Assembly (NCBI GenBank): GCA_965214305.1
Contig: OZ243949.1
Span: forward strand, 2,515,962 to 2,579,961
Length of the DNA stretch: 64,000 bases
Source: Pseudomonadales bacterium
GTDB taxonomy: Bacteria > Pseudomonadota > Gammaproteobacteria > Pseudomonadales > Azotimanducaceae
Direction of reading: 5' to 3'
This document shows positions 29,385-38,795 of the stretch, piece after piece (position 1 is the stretch's first letter; every line of letters begins with the position of its first letter). The notes below the pieces were generated by a model. The model searched no databases. It was not told the DNA's origin and worked only from the letters and a program-made list of their open reading frames with translations. The position numbers and the translations under genes are program-made.

Positions 29385-29610
29385 TCAGGTGCGCGTCAAG
29401 TGGCCTTTATCTATCGAGGTCGAAGTTGCCATTGAGTTGACGGCTGACGGTGAGCAGGTGGAGCAGCTTGCCGTAATCGATGGGAGGCGATGGGTTTGGC
29501 ATGATGCGAGCCGCTTCACATAAAGTTATTCTGCCGAAAGCGGATAGCTCGCACCAGATAAGAAGGTAACGAAATCTGGCGACACTTGAGGCGCATAGCA
29601 TGAATGCTAT

Positions 29611-29949
29611 ATGCTTCGCCTGTTGATGTGGCGCGTTGAAACCTTGAACGACACTGTGGATAGGGAGTTGGAAGCCCTTCCCGCCGACATGAAGGCGCGT
29701 TTCGCACGCATCTGCGAGTTGATTACTATGGTGGGCTTGGAACAAATGGGCATACCGCACGTCAGGCATTTGACCGGTCCACTGTGGGAGATGCGACTCA
29801 CGGGACAAGACGGAATTGCACGAGCTCTCTATGTCGCTGCACAAGGGAAAAGAGCGGTAGTGGTCCGTGTATTCACAAAAAAGACCCGGCGCACGCCACA
29901 CCGGGAAATCAAACTGGCGATCACACGCGCTCAGGAGGTACTGAAATGA
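29611..29949 (+). CDS. Type II toxin, RelE/HigB-like (Gp49/DUF891 type)
   Basis: 112 aa. VDRELEALPADMKARFARICELI...HVRHLTGPLWEMRL...RVFTKKTRRTP fits this family. It has a 4-nt ATGA overlap with the downstream HTH gene. The start could instead be 29626. Confidence 0.75.
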   Translation: MLRLLMWRVETLNDTVDRELEALPADMKARFARICELITMVGLEQMGIPHVRHLTGPLWEMRLTGQDGIARALYVAAQGKRAVVVRVFTKKTRRTPHREIKLAITRAQEVLK

Positions 29950-30224
29950 CCAAGGTTACAGAGCTGCACAGGAGGTGGAGCCAAGATGCCGACTATCGGG
30001 AGGCCTATGCACGGATGGGCACTGAATTTGACTTATCGAAAGCCCTCATAGAAGCACGTCTTCGGTCTGGCTTCACCCAATCGCAGTTGGCAGCTCGCAT
30101 GGAGACGACGCAATCCGCGGTAGCGAGGATGGAAAGCGGGCGAGTGCCACCGTCACTACGAACGTTAGAAAGGTTCGCGACAGCGACGGGCACGCGCTTG
30201 CGGATCAATTTCGAGCCGGCGTGA
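29946..30224 (+). CDS. XRE-family HTH antitoxin (HigA-like)
   Basis: 92 aa. RLRSGFTQSQLAARMETTQSAVARMESG is an XRE helix-turn-helix. Confidence 0.75.
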   Translation: MTKVTELHRRWSQDADYREAYARMGTEFDLSKALIEARLRSGFTQSQLAARMETTQSAVARMESGRVPPSLRTLERFATATGTRLRINFEPA

Positions 30225-30406
30225 AGCGTTTGCGCGGTATTTTTTCTTCGCCGACGGCAAACAATTGACCACCTGCTACTGCCGAGGAACCGAAAAGTGA
30301 CCGTGCGGATGCGTGTGGAGGAGTGGCTCAGGAGAGCATCACCAAAGCCGATATGCGGTGACTGCATAGCGGAAGCGCTGAACCTGAGTAGTCGCCAACA
30401 GGCCAA

Positions 30407-32440
30407 TCAGGCCAATAGTGGCGCAATCACCAGCGAAACAATCGCCATCACGTTGATGAGAATGTTCATGCTCGGCCCGGAGGTATCCTTAAACGGGTCG
30501 CCCACCGTATCGCCGACCACGGTGGCGGCGTGAACTTCAGACCCCTTGCCGCCCAGGTTGCCCTTCTCGACGTGCTTCTTGGCGTTGTCCCAGGCACCGC
30601 CAGCGTTGGCCATGGTCAATGCCAGCAGCACACAGCCGAGCAAGGCGCCACCCAATGTACCGCCGAGTGCTTCGGCGCTGATGCCGAAGCCCACCACGGG
30701 CGGTACGGCGACGGCAATGGCCCCGGGCAGCAACATGCGCTTCAGGGCGGCGGATGTGGCGATGTCGATGCACTTGTCGGTATCGGGCTCGGCATTACCC
30801 TCAAGCAGGCCGGGGATTTCGCGAAACTGACGACGGATCTCCTGGATCATTTCCATGGCCGCATCGCCCACGGAGGTCATGGTGACACTGGCGATCAGAA
30901 ACGGCACCAGGCCGCCGATGAATAGGCCGACCAGCACGTCCGGGTTGCCGATGTGCAGCAAAAACTCCCCGTCCCGATTGTAGGCAACCGTTTCCACAAA
31001 GGCCGCGATGATAGCGAGTGCCGCTAGCGCCGCCGCCCCAATCGCGAAACCCTTACCCATGGCGGCCGTGGTGTTGCCGAGTTCATCAAGCGAATCGGTG
31101 ATCTTGCGGGTGTCTTCGCCAAGGCCGCCCATCTCCGCAATGCCGCCGGCGTTGTCGGCAACCGGCCCGTAGGCGTCCACGGCCATGGTCATGCCAACCG
31201 TTGCCAACAGGCCCACCGCCGCGATACCGACACCGTAGAGGCCGGCCAGCCATGTCGAGACGTAAATGATGGCGCAGATGGCAAGCAATGGAACGACCAC
31301 CGACTGCATGCCGACGGCCAAGCCGGTGATCATAACGGTCGCGGAGCCCGTCTCCCCGGCTTCGGCAATGCGCACAACCGGCCTTGCCGAGGTGTAGTAC
31401 TCGGTGGTTAGGCCAATGACGACGCCGCCCACCGAACCGAAGATCACCGACCACCAAACATCACTTGATATGCCCGTTGTGTCGATAACGAACCAGGACG
31501 CGACGATGAAGAGTATCGGCGTTGCAATCATACCGATACGCAGTGCCAGCGCCGGGCTCGAACTTGAGCGGGAGCGCACGATGCCGATGCCGATGATCGA
31601 GCACACCAACCCCGTGGAGGCGAGCGCCAGGGGCAGAAACATCAGGGCGGCGCGGCCATCGCCTTCGGCCATGCCCGGTGCCAGGGTGCCTACCGCGGTG
31701 ACGGCCAGGGTCGCGGCAATGGCAATGGTGGCGATCATCGATCCGCAATAGGACTCGAAGATATCCGAACCCATGCCCGCCACGTCGCCCACGTTGTCGC
31801 CCACATTGTCGGCGATCACGCCGGGGTTGCGAGGGTCGTCTTCCGGAATGCCCGCTTCCACCTTGCCGACCAGGTCGGCACCCACATCGGCGCTCTTCGT
31901 GTAGATGCCGCCGCCAACGCGGGAGAACAGCGCCACCGTCGAGGCACCCATGCCGAAACCGTGAATGTGGTGGGCGGTGTGCGGGTCGCCACCGAAGAAG
32001 TAATAGACGAGACCAAGCCCCATTAAGCCGAGGGAGGCAACCGCCAAGCCCATGATGGAGCCGCCGAAAAAGGCGACGGAGAGGGCGGCGGCGGGGCCTT
32101 TGCTATGTGCGGCGGCGGTGGTGCGAACATTGGCCTTGGTTGCGGTGTACATGCCGAACCAGCCGGCGCCGGCGGAGGAGAGTGCGCCGGCAATGAATGC
32201 CCACAGCGTTTCGACGCCTAAACCCGAAACAAACAGCAGCACGAGCAACGCACCGGCGAACAGGGCAAGCATGGTGTATTCGCGCCGCATGAACACCATG
32301 GCACCATTATGGATGGCGTCGGCAATCTTCTTGATCGCCGGTTCGCCTTCGTCGTAGCGTTTCACCAGCCCGTAGATGACGATCGCGACGATCATGCCAA
32401 TGACGCCCAACAGGGGCGGCAACAGGTTTGTATCCATCAT
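30407..32440 (-). CDS. hppA: Membrane-bound proton-translocating pyrophosphatase
   Basis: 677 aa polytopic protein with [28 protein letters not shown] and GGAWDNAKK motifs. Confidence 0.95.
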   Translation of the reverse strand: MMDTNLLPPLLGVIGMIVAIVIYGLVKRYDEGEPAIKKIADAIHNGAMVFMRREYTMLALFAGALLVLLFVSGLGVETLWAFIAGALSSAGAGWFGMYTATKANVRTTAAAHSKGPAAALSVAFFGGSIMGLAVASLGLMGLGLVYYFFGGDPHTAHHIHGFGMGASTVALFSRVGGGIYTKSADVGADLVGKVEAGIPEDDPRNPGVIADNVGDNVGDVAGMGSDIFESYCGSMIATIAIAATLAVTAVGTLAPGMAEGDGRAALMFLPLALASTGLVCSIIGIGIVRSRSSSSPALALRIGMIATPILFIVASWFVIDTTGISSDVWWSVIFGSVGGVVIGLTTEYYTSARPVVRIAEAGETGSATVMITGLAVGMQSVVVPLLAICAIIYVSTWLAGLYGVGIAAVGLLATVGMTMAVDAYGPVADNAGGIAEMGGLGEDTRKITDSLDELGNTTAAMGKGFAIGAAALAALAIIAAFVETVAYNRDGEFLLHIGNPDVLVGLFIGGLVPFLIASVTMTSVGDAAMEMIQEIRRQFREIPGLLEGNAEPDTDKCIDIATSAALKRMLLPGAIAVAVPPVVGFGISAEALGGTLGGALLGCVLLALTMANAGGAWDNAKKHVEKGNLGGKGSEVHAATVVGDTVGDPFKDTSGPSMNILINVMAIVSLVIAPLLA

Positions 32441-32611
32441 TCACTTATTCCGGTTGTTGATTGGTGCCAGGTGCCTCTGCCTTCGGAATTGGCGGCTGCA
32501 AAGCCGCTCTCGTCCGCCCCTTGGCGGCGCGTATCATACCAGCGAATACGCAAAACCCACGCCGCTGTAACCATTGGTCCCGTATCGGTGAACCACTGCC
32601 TAATGATTGCC

Positions 32612-33655
32612 TCAGCCTTGGGCGAGCAGCGCCCGCAGATCGATGATGGCGGCGTTAGCGCGGGAGATATAGGAAGCCATCACCAACGAATGATTGGCGA
32701 GCAGGCCCAGGCCGTCGCCGTTCAAGATGACCGGGCTCCAGATAGTCTGCTGTGTGGGTTCGAGTTCGCGGATGATCTGTTTGAGGCTGACGCGGGCATT
32801 CTTCTTGCCGAGCACATCCCCGAAGTCCTGTTCCATGGCGCGCAGCAGATGCAGCAGCGCCCAGGATTGACCCCGCGCTTCGTAGAAAACATCGTCTATC
32901 TCAAGCCAAGGTGTTTTGTACTCCCGCTCGGACGGTGCCGCGGTTGCTTGCGCAGCCGCCGCGTCGCCGGCGAGGTCAATGTTCAGTTGCCGCTTGCCAA
33001 CGCTGGCGGAAAGCCGCTGCGATAGACTGCCGAGGCGCGTCTCCACCCCCTGCAACCACTGCTGCAGGTTGTCCGCCCGGGCGTAGAATTGGGCGTCCGG
33101 CTGGCTTGGGTCGGAAAGGCGTGCCAAGTAGGCCTGCAACAGGTCGGCACCCTCCCGGTACTCGCTCTCGCTTGGCGGAAATACCCAGCTGGCGTTGTCG
33201 AAAAAGAACTTGCCCTCCGCCTCGGCCAAGTCCGGGTCTTCCGTGGATTGGCTTTGCGAGCGGGAAAAGTCGATGCGATAGGCGCGGGCGGTGTCGCGTA
33301 TTTGCGTTAAGACACCGAATTCCCAATTGGGAATATTGTCCATCCAAACGCCGGGTGGAAATACATCGTTGGATAGATAGCCGCCGCGCTTATCGAGCAG
33401 TGTTTCCACGAGTCGCAACAGCGTTGCGGTGGTTGTGAATCCGGTGACGACTTGACGGTTGTTCTGTGCGGCTTGGCTGGCGGCCTGTTGCCGCACGGCA
33501 AAGGCCTCGGGTTCATGGTCCCACCACCAGGTTAGCGCCAGACAAGCGGCCAGATAAAGCCCGCCGAGGGCTGCCGCCACCCCCAGCACGGCCTTGCCCG
33601 TACCGGCTGAGGTGCCGGCACCAGCCAGTGGCTTCCAATTGATTATCCAATTCAT
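32612..33655 (-). CDS. DUF2333 family protein
   Basis: It has an N-terminal TM followed by WWWDHEP...GGYLSNDVFPPGVWMDNIPNWEFGVLTQIRD...DFSRSQSQS. The start is trimmed to MNWIINW. Confidence 0.7.
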   Translation of the reverse strand: MNWIINWKPLAGAGTSAGTGKAVLGVAAALGGLYLAACLALTWWWDHEPEAFAVRQQAASQAAQNNRQVVTGFTTTATLLRLVETLLDKRGGYLSNDVFPPGVWMDNIPNWEFGVLTQIRDTARAYRIDFSRSQSQSTEDPDLAEAEGKFFFDNASWVFPPSESEYREGADLLQAYLARLSDPSQPDAQFYARADNLQQWLQGVETRLGSLSQRLSASVGKRQLNIDLAGDAAAAQATAAPSEREYKTPWLEIDDVFYEARGQSWALLHLLRAMEQDFGDVLGKKNARVSLKQIIRELEPTQQTIWSPVILNGDGLGLLANHSLVMASYISRANAAIIDLRALLAQG

Positions 33656-33949
33656 CGCGTGGTCGGCCGGGGTTGTGCAACAGTTCGCACCGGGCACCAT
33701 ACTATGGTTGGGGCGGTGGCCGAAATGACAATGCCCAGCCGTACCCTATCGCATACAGGCCGCAATCATTGGCATGCTGAGCGAATGGTGGCCCCGATAA
33801 TTCAGGGCGGGGAGGTTCGGGCCTCCGCATGACCCGTGCCGCGATGCAACCATGCGCGGCACGGGTGGCGTGATGACCCTCAACAATGCGCCTTCTGTGC
33901 TGGCCTGCTGGGCCTGCCACAGGGCAAATTGAGCGACCGCAAGTAGAAC

Positions 33950-36712
33950 CTACTGGAAGTTCATCCTCAGCGTGGCGCCAACCATTCTTGGCGGTGCCAG
34001 GAAGGTGCTGTAGCTGCCCCCCTGAAAAACAGAATTGAACACCAGGGTTTCAATGTGGTTGTCGAGCAGGTTCCTGGCCCAGACTTGGAAATCCCACTGA
34101 TCGTTCGCGGCACGGAGGCCGAGCTGCAGGTTGACCAGAACCTCGTCGGAGACGTCCTTTTCATTCCTGAGGTCGGAACCCGTGTTGTGCGCGCCCCGGA
34201 AGCCGACGTTCAGGTTGCCGTAGGCGAACAGGCGCTCGTTGAGCGGCTGCTCCGCGAACAGGGAAGTGCTGCCTTGCCAGTAGGGCGCGTGGGTGATCTG
34301 GCGACCCTCGATGTTCTCCAGAGCGCCCCAATCCTCCAGCAAGGCGAACTCCTGCTCCAGGAACAGCTCGGTTTCGGTTCGCGGATCATTGAGGTCGTCG
34401 CCATATCGGGTGTCCGCATAGGTGATGCCCAAAGACCAGAGGATGCCGTCCGCCAGGATCCAGCTGCCCTCAAACTCGACACCCTTGCTGATCATCTCAT
34501 CGGTATTGCTGATCAGGAAGCCGGTGCCCGTGAAGGTGTTGAGCTGGAAGTCCTCGAAGTCGCTGTAGAAGAGGGCGACATTGGTGGTCAGGCGTCCGTC
34601 CAGGAACTGGCCCTTCATGCCAATCTCATAGGCATTGACGAATTCCGGGTCGAAGCGATGGTCGTCATCAAAGAAGGCGCAGTCCAGAAGCACGACGCTG
34701 GCATTGGGAACCAAGTTTTGATTAGCGATTCCTCTTAATGACCCGCACGGAAATTGTGTTAGGCCGTTGCGGCCATCAGGGTCGCCCGTGGCGTCCTTGA
34801 CCGCCTGCGGCACGTCGCTGATCAGCCCGCTGTCAGAGAGGAAGCGGGGATCGCCGCCGGTGGCCAGGAAGGTGGCGAAGGAATCCATCTCGATGGCTTG
34901 CTGGTCGAGGTTGAAGCCCCCGGCCTTGTAGCCCCTTGAGACGCTGGCGTACAGGTTCACCTCATCGGTGACGGCCCACGACAGGCTGGCCGTGCCGGTC
35001 CATTCCTTCTCCGTCTCCTTGTCCTCCCAGGAGACGATGTTGCACAGGGAGCCGATGAAGACCAAGCCGGTGCAATGGGCTTCGTTGAATTCATTGCGCA
35101 GCATGGCCGCCATCAGGTCGCGCTGCGTGCCCTGCACCGGGTCAACCCCGTTGATGCGCGTGATGGCCTCCTTGGTCTCGTTCGAGTAACGCGCGCCGAT
35201 GGTCAGGGTCAGCGTCTCGGTCAGGTCGAAGGTGTTGTGCGTGAAGATCGACCAGCCATCCGTCTCCTGAGCGTAGTCGGCGGCGTAGCCGTCGTGCTCC
35301 TGGAAGTTGGGCCGGCGGGTGTCGTCGCCCTCCAGCATACGAGTGGCCGGATTGTAGGTGCCCAAGCCGGCGCCGGTGCTCGTTCCAAAGGGCGCGTTGG
35401 TCAAGGTATATAAGTTGAAGGGTGCTAAGCCAACGATGTAGCGACTCAAATATTCGGGCCCATCTTTCGCCAAGCGAATCGACTCGTCGGTGACGATGTC
35501 CTCGGTGTAGAAGTAGGCGCCCACCAGGTAGCTGCCGCGCTCCGTGTTGAACTGCAGCTGCAGTTCCTGGGAGAAGTTCTCGAACGACTCGTTGGTGTGC
35601 TGCGGCTGCGCCACGTCAGCGCCGGTAAAGTCGATGTCCTGACCGCGCTCCACGTCGAATTCCCGGTAGGCGGTGATGGAGCTGAGCTGCAAATTGTCGT
35701 TGATGTTCCAGTTGAGCTGGTTTTGGATGCCTTTGTCCTCCACCCGTTCGAAGGGCTTGAAGTTGACGCCAACGTCCCAGGACTCGTGGTCGTCACCGCG
35801 TTCGGCCGGGCGACCATTCGCCGCCAGGAGATCGTTGATGATTGAGCCTGGAGGTTCCCCCAAGTTCAAGGCGCCTCGCGTCGTGGCGCTTGGGCCCTGG
35901 TCATCAAAGTTCACCGAGTGGAAGTTGGCGGGGCAGCAGTCCTCATCCTTGTCGGTGTAGTCGAGGATCAGGCGGTTGTCCCAAGTGTCCCCTTGCCACT
36001 GCAGTTGACCCTTGATGGTGTAGCGTTCGCGGCCGTCGTAGGCGTCGTCGGTGACGTTGTCCTCGTAGTAGCCGTCCCGCTCGTGGTAGTTGACGCTTAG
36101 CCGGTAGGCGAGGCGGTCATCCATCAGCGGGCCGGTGGCGGACGCCTGCACCTTGACCGCTCCGAAATCGCCAGCGCTTAGAGCGATCATGGAGGATTGC
36201 TCGAATTCCGGCTTCTTGGTGATGATCTGCAGCGCCCCGGCACTGGTGTTCTTGCCGAACAGTGTGCCTTGGGGGCCGCGCAGCACCTCCACGCGGTCGA
36301 TGTCAACGAAATCGGAAAAGGCCTGACCGGCCCGGCTTCGGTAAACGCCATCAACGAAGGTGCCGACGGCCGCCTCAAGGCCGGGGTTGTTGCCGGTGGT
36401 GCCCACGCCGCGGATGCGCACCGTGCCGCCGTTGGACGTGGAGTTGGAGCTATAGACGGAGATGGAGGGCGATACCTCCTGCAGGCCATAGAGATCCTGC
36501 ACACCCCTGGCGTCCAAGTCCTCCCCGGCGAATGCCGACACCGCGATCGGGACCTCTTGGATTGACTCCTCCCGCCGCGTCGCGGTCACCAAGATCTCCT
36601 CGACGTTCTGAGCGGTGGCCGTGCCGGACTGAGCCAATGCGGACGGCCCGAACAGAGCGGCGAAACTCGCCCAAAACAAAGCGATTGCGATGGTGTTCCT
36701 AGGTTTGATCAT
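33950..36712 (-). CDS. TonB-dependent receptor
   Basis: 920 aa. It has a signal peptide, the plug EEILVTATRREESIQEVPIAVSAF...VEVLRGPQGTLFGKNTSAGAL and a C-terminal LRMNFQ. Confidence 0.92.
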   Translation of the reverse strand: MIKPRNTIAIALFWASFAALFGPSALAQSGTATAQNVEEILVTATRREESIQEVPIAVSAFAGEDLDARGVQDLYGLQEVSPSISVYSSNSTSNGGTVRIRGVGTTGNNPGLEAAVGTFVDGVYRSRAGQAFSDFVDIDRVEVLRGPQGTLFGKNTSAGALQIITKKPEFEQSSMIALSAGDFGAVKVQASATGPLMDDRLAYRLSVNYHERDGYYEDNVTDDAYDGRERYTIKGQLQWQGDTWDNRLILDYTDKDEDCCPANFHSVNFDDQGPSATTRGALNLGEPPGSIINDLLAANGRPAERGDDHESWDVGVNFKPFERVEDKGIQNQLNWNINDNLQLSSITAYREFDVERGQDIDFTGADVAQPQHTNESFENFSQELQLQFNTERGSYLVGAYFYTEDIVTDESIRLAKDGPEYLSRYIVGLAPFNLYTLTNAPFGTSTGAGLGTYNPATRMLEGDDTRRPNFQEHDGYAADYAQETDGWSIFTHNTFDLTETLTLTIGARYSNETKEAITRINGVDPVQGTQRDLMAAMLRNEFNEAHCTGLVFIGSLCNIVSWEDKETEKEWTGTASLSWAVTDEVNLYASVSRGYKAGGFNLDQQAIEMDSFATFLATGGDPRFLSDSGLISDVPQAVKDATGDPDGRNGLTQFPCGSLRGIANQNLVPNASVVLLDCAFFDDDHRFDPEFVNAYEIGMKGQFLDGRLTTNVALFYSDFEDFQLNTFTGTGFLISNTDEMISKGVEFEGSWILADGILWSLGITYADTRYGDDLNDPRTETELFLEQEFALLEDWGALENIEGRQITHAPYWQGSTSLFAEQPLNERLFAYGNLNVGFRGAHNTGSDLRNEKDVSDEVLVNLQLGLRAANDQWDFQVWARNLLDNHIETLVFNSVFQGGSYSTFLAPPRMVGATLRMNFQ

Positions 36713-36983
36713 ATCAAGTCTCTCCTTTTAGATTCGATCAAATTCGGCGGCAAGCAACGGCTTTGCGTAAGGCCGCATCCGCCAACCAATGCCAGCTTGT
36801 CGAAGCTCGGCTGACTGGGAAATTCGATCAATAGTATAACTCCATATTCCCTGCACTTTCTCTCCACCCCCGGCAGCCTGTTGAAAACGAGGGCTTGGGC
36901 TGCCCTGTTTCCGGCTTTATGCCGCGAAATCGAGCGGTCGGCGGGGCGGATGAGGGCGGATTTTTAGCCGCGAATTGCCGGGC

Positions 36984-37709
36984 CTAGGCTCCTAGGCAGA
37001 CCAGTTCCACCGAAGGTGGGGACGCGATTTGCAGCCGGGCGCGAATGCGCGACCTGGGCGAACCTTGGTTGATTTGCCGATAGAGCCAGCGTCCGTCCGC
37101 ATCCGTAGCGGCATGGATGTACACAAGGCAATTCGCGGCAACGGCGCGGCTGCCGAACTGCTGGAGTTTCAGCGCCAAGCTTGCGCTGCGCCGCTTGAGC
37201 AGACTTGCATCGACGGCTTGCCGCTCGCGCTTGGCGTTTTCGATGAGTTGCGCTTGCTCTTCGGTCGGGGCGATGGCGGGATGGTCGGCGTCCACAGTCC
37301 TGGCCCGTTCCAAAAACCTCTGCGCTCGCCCAAACTGTCGCCGGTCCACGGCATCAAGGGCAAATTCGACATAGCGTTCGACAATCTTCTCCAAACCCCG
37401 GCGGGCATCGTCGTTGTTCGGGTCGAGCCGCAGCACCTCTTGGTAGATTGCGTAGGCGCTGTGCTCCGCCGGGGTGGTTAGCCGGTGTTCGTCAAAGGCA
37501 ATGCTCGCCTGTTCGAGCAATGCGTCGAGGTCGGTTGGCGACCCGGTCTCCGCCGCCGTTGGTGCCGTTGTCGGGGCGACGGGATCCGGTTCTTGGGGTG
37601 TGGTTGGACAACCCGCCAAAAACAGCGCAACAAGGCCGAAGGCAATAAAGCGCTGTCGATCCAAGGATGGCGTTATCGCTGCTATTGACGATCGCGACCG
37701 ATTGTTCAT
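36984..37709 (-). CDS. Hypothetical lipoprotein
   Basis: MNNRSRS...FGLVALFLAGC has a lipobox. The middle part is helical and TPR-like. The start is trimmed from 37781. Confidence 0.55.
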   Translation of the reverse strand: MNNRSRSSIAAITPSLDRQRFIAFGLVALFLAGCPTTPQEPDPVAPTTAPTAAETGSPTDLDALLEQASIAFDEHRLTTPAEHSAYAIYQEVLRLDPNNDDARRGLEKIVERYVEFALDAVDRRQFGRAQRFLERARTVDADHPAIAPTEEQAQLIENAKRERQAVDASLLKRRSASLALKLQQFGSRAVAANCLVYIHAATDADGRWLYRQINQGSPRSRIRARLQIASPPSVELVCLGA

Positions 37710-37779
37710 GATTGGCTGACTCGACCATGAAAAGGCCGGGCTCGGATCGAGACATGGCGGATTAGAATAAGGTAACGGC

Positions 37780-38247
37780 ATGAGAGTTGCTCAGATAGGT
37801 TTTTTGGGGCTATTGGCCTGCGTTGCTCCCGTCATGGCGGATGTCGGCAATTGGCTTGACGAGGAACCCGCATTCCTGCCGGTGGACGAGGCTTTCATGC
37901 TGTCGGCCGAAATTGATGCCGAGGGCATGCTGGTGGCGCGGTGGGTGATCGCCGAGGGGTATTACCTCTACCGCCATCGGTTCAACTTCAAGACCGGCGA
38001 GGGGCAACCGCCCGTGTTGGGTGCGCCGCAGATTGCGCCCGGCAAGGAAAAAGTGGATGCGTATTTTGGCGAGGTGGAAGTTTACTATGGCGATGCGCGG
38101 GCGCGGGTGCCCGTGAACGGAGACGAGCAAGACCTGGAGGTGGGCATTGGCTATCAGGGCTGTGCGGAAGCGGGATTGTGCTACCCCCCGCAAACCCGAT
38201 GGTTTTCGTTTGATACAAGGGCGCGGCTTTTATTGCCCATGCAATAG
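37780..38247 (+). CDS. DsbD N-terminal (nDsbD) domain only; stand-alone or truncated dsbD
   Basis: It has a signal peptide and the nDsbD hallmarks EGYYLYRHRF and GCAEAGLCYPP. The ORF stops about 20 codons later, so there is no TM or thioredoxin domain. A REP-B half follows at 38280-38309. Confidence 0.65.
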   Translation: MRVAQIGFLGLLACVAPVMADVGNWLDEEPAFLPVDEAFMLSAEIDAEGMLVARWVIAEGYYLYRHRFNFKTGEGQPPVLGAPQIAPGKEKVDAYFGEVEVYYGDARARVPVNGDEQDLEVGIGYQGCAEAGLCYPPQTRWFSFDTRARLLLPMQ

Positions 38248-38347
38248 CTTGGCGGCCGTGTTTGGCATCGTTGTTCCGACAGCCGCGAATTCCGCGGGCA
38301 GAGGCTCCCAAGTCTCAATGTCCGATTCGCTCTAAGGAGTCCAGAGC

Positions 38348-38782
38348 ATGGCGAAGCTATTGGTTTTGCACGGCCCCAACCTGAATTTGCTGGGTAGTCG
38401 CGAGCCCGAAATCTACGGCACCGATACGCTCGCCGATATCGATGCGCGTCTGACGCTGCTCGCGAGCGCGGCCGGCCATGAACTGCAATCGATGCAATCG
38501 AATGGCGAGCAGGCGCTGATCGAGCGCATCCATCAAGCGCGCGAGGAGGGCGTGGCCTACATCGTCATTAATCCGGGTGCCTTTACCCACACCAGCATCG
38601 CTTTGCGCGATGCGCTGCTCGCGGTCGAAATCCCGCTTATCGAAATACATCTATCCAACGTCCACGCCCGCGAGACGTTTCGGCAAACCTCCTTTTTGAG
38701 CGATATTGCCACTGCCGTAATCAGCGGATGCGGTGCCCAGGGCTACGAATTTGCCCTCGCGGCCGCCATGGCGCGACTTTGA
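38348..38782 (+). CDS. aroQ: Type II 3-dehydroquinate dehydratase
   Basis: 144 aa. It contains [20 protein letters not shown]...[17 protein letters not shown]...[11 protein letters not shown]. Confidence 0.95.
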   Translation: MAKLLVLHGPNLNLLGSREPEIYGTDTLADIDARLTLLASAAGHELQSMQSNGEQALIERIHQAREEGVAYIVINPGAFTHTSIALRDALLAVEIPLIEIHLSNVHARETFRQTSFLSDIATAVISGCGAQGYEFALAAAMARL

Positions 38783-38795
38783 GGCGCACATCGGC

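Noticed and set aside
29407-29901. 164-aa minus-strand ORF overlapping the toxin gene
   Set aside because: It has no recognisable family and overlaps the well-formed HigB/HigA-like pair. Only its last roughly 30 codons (29407-29500) lie outside the toxin-antitoxin genes, and these could be another small gene fragment.
38733-38795. Upstream starts listed for purH (38733), ccoN (46560), ccoP (48794), the NhaC-like gene (55763), the second DUF1538 gene (62763) and the TBDR (13406)
   Set aside because: Each extension overlaps the preceding gene or is low-complexity. Internal ATGs give canonical N-termini, signal peptides or ATGA/TGATG coupling.
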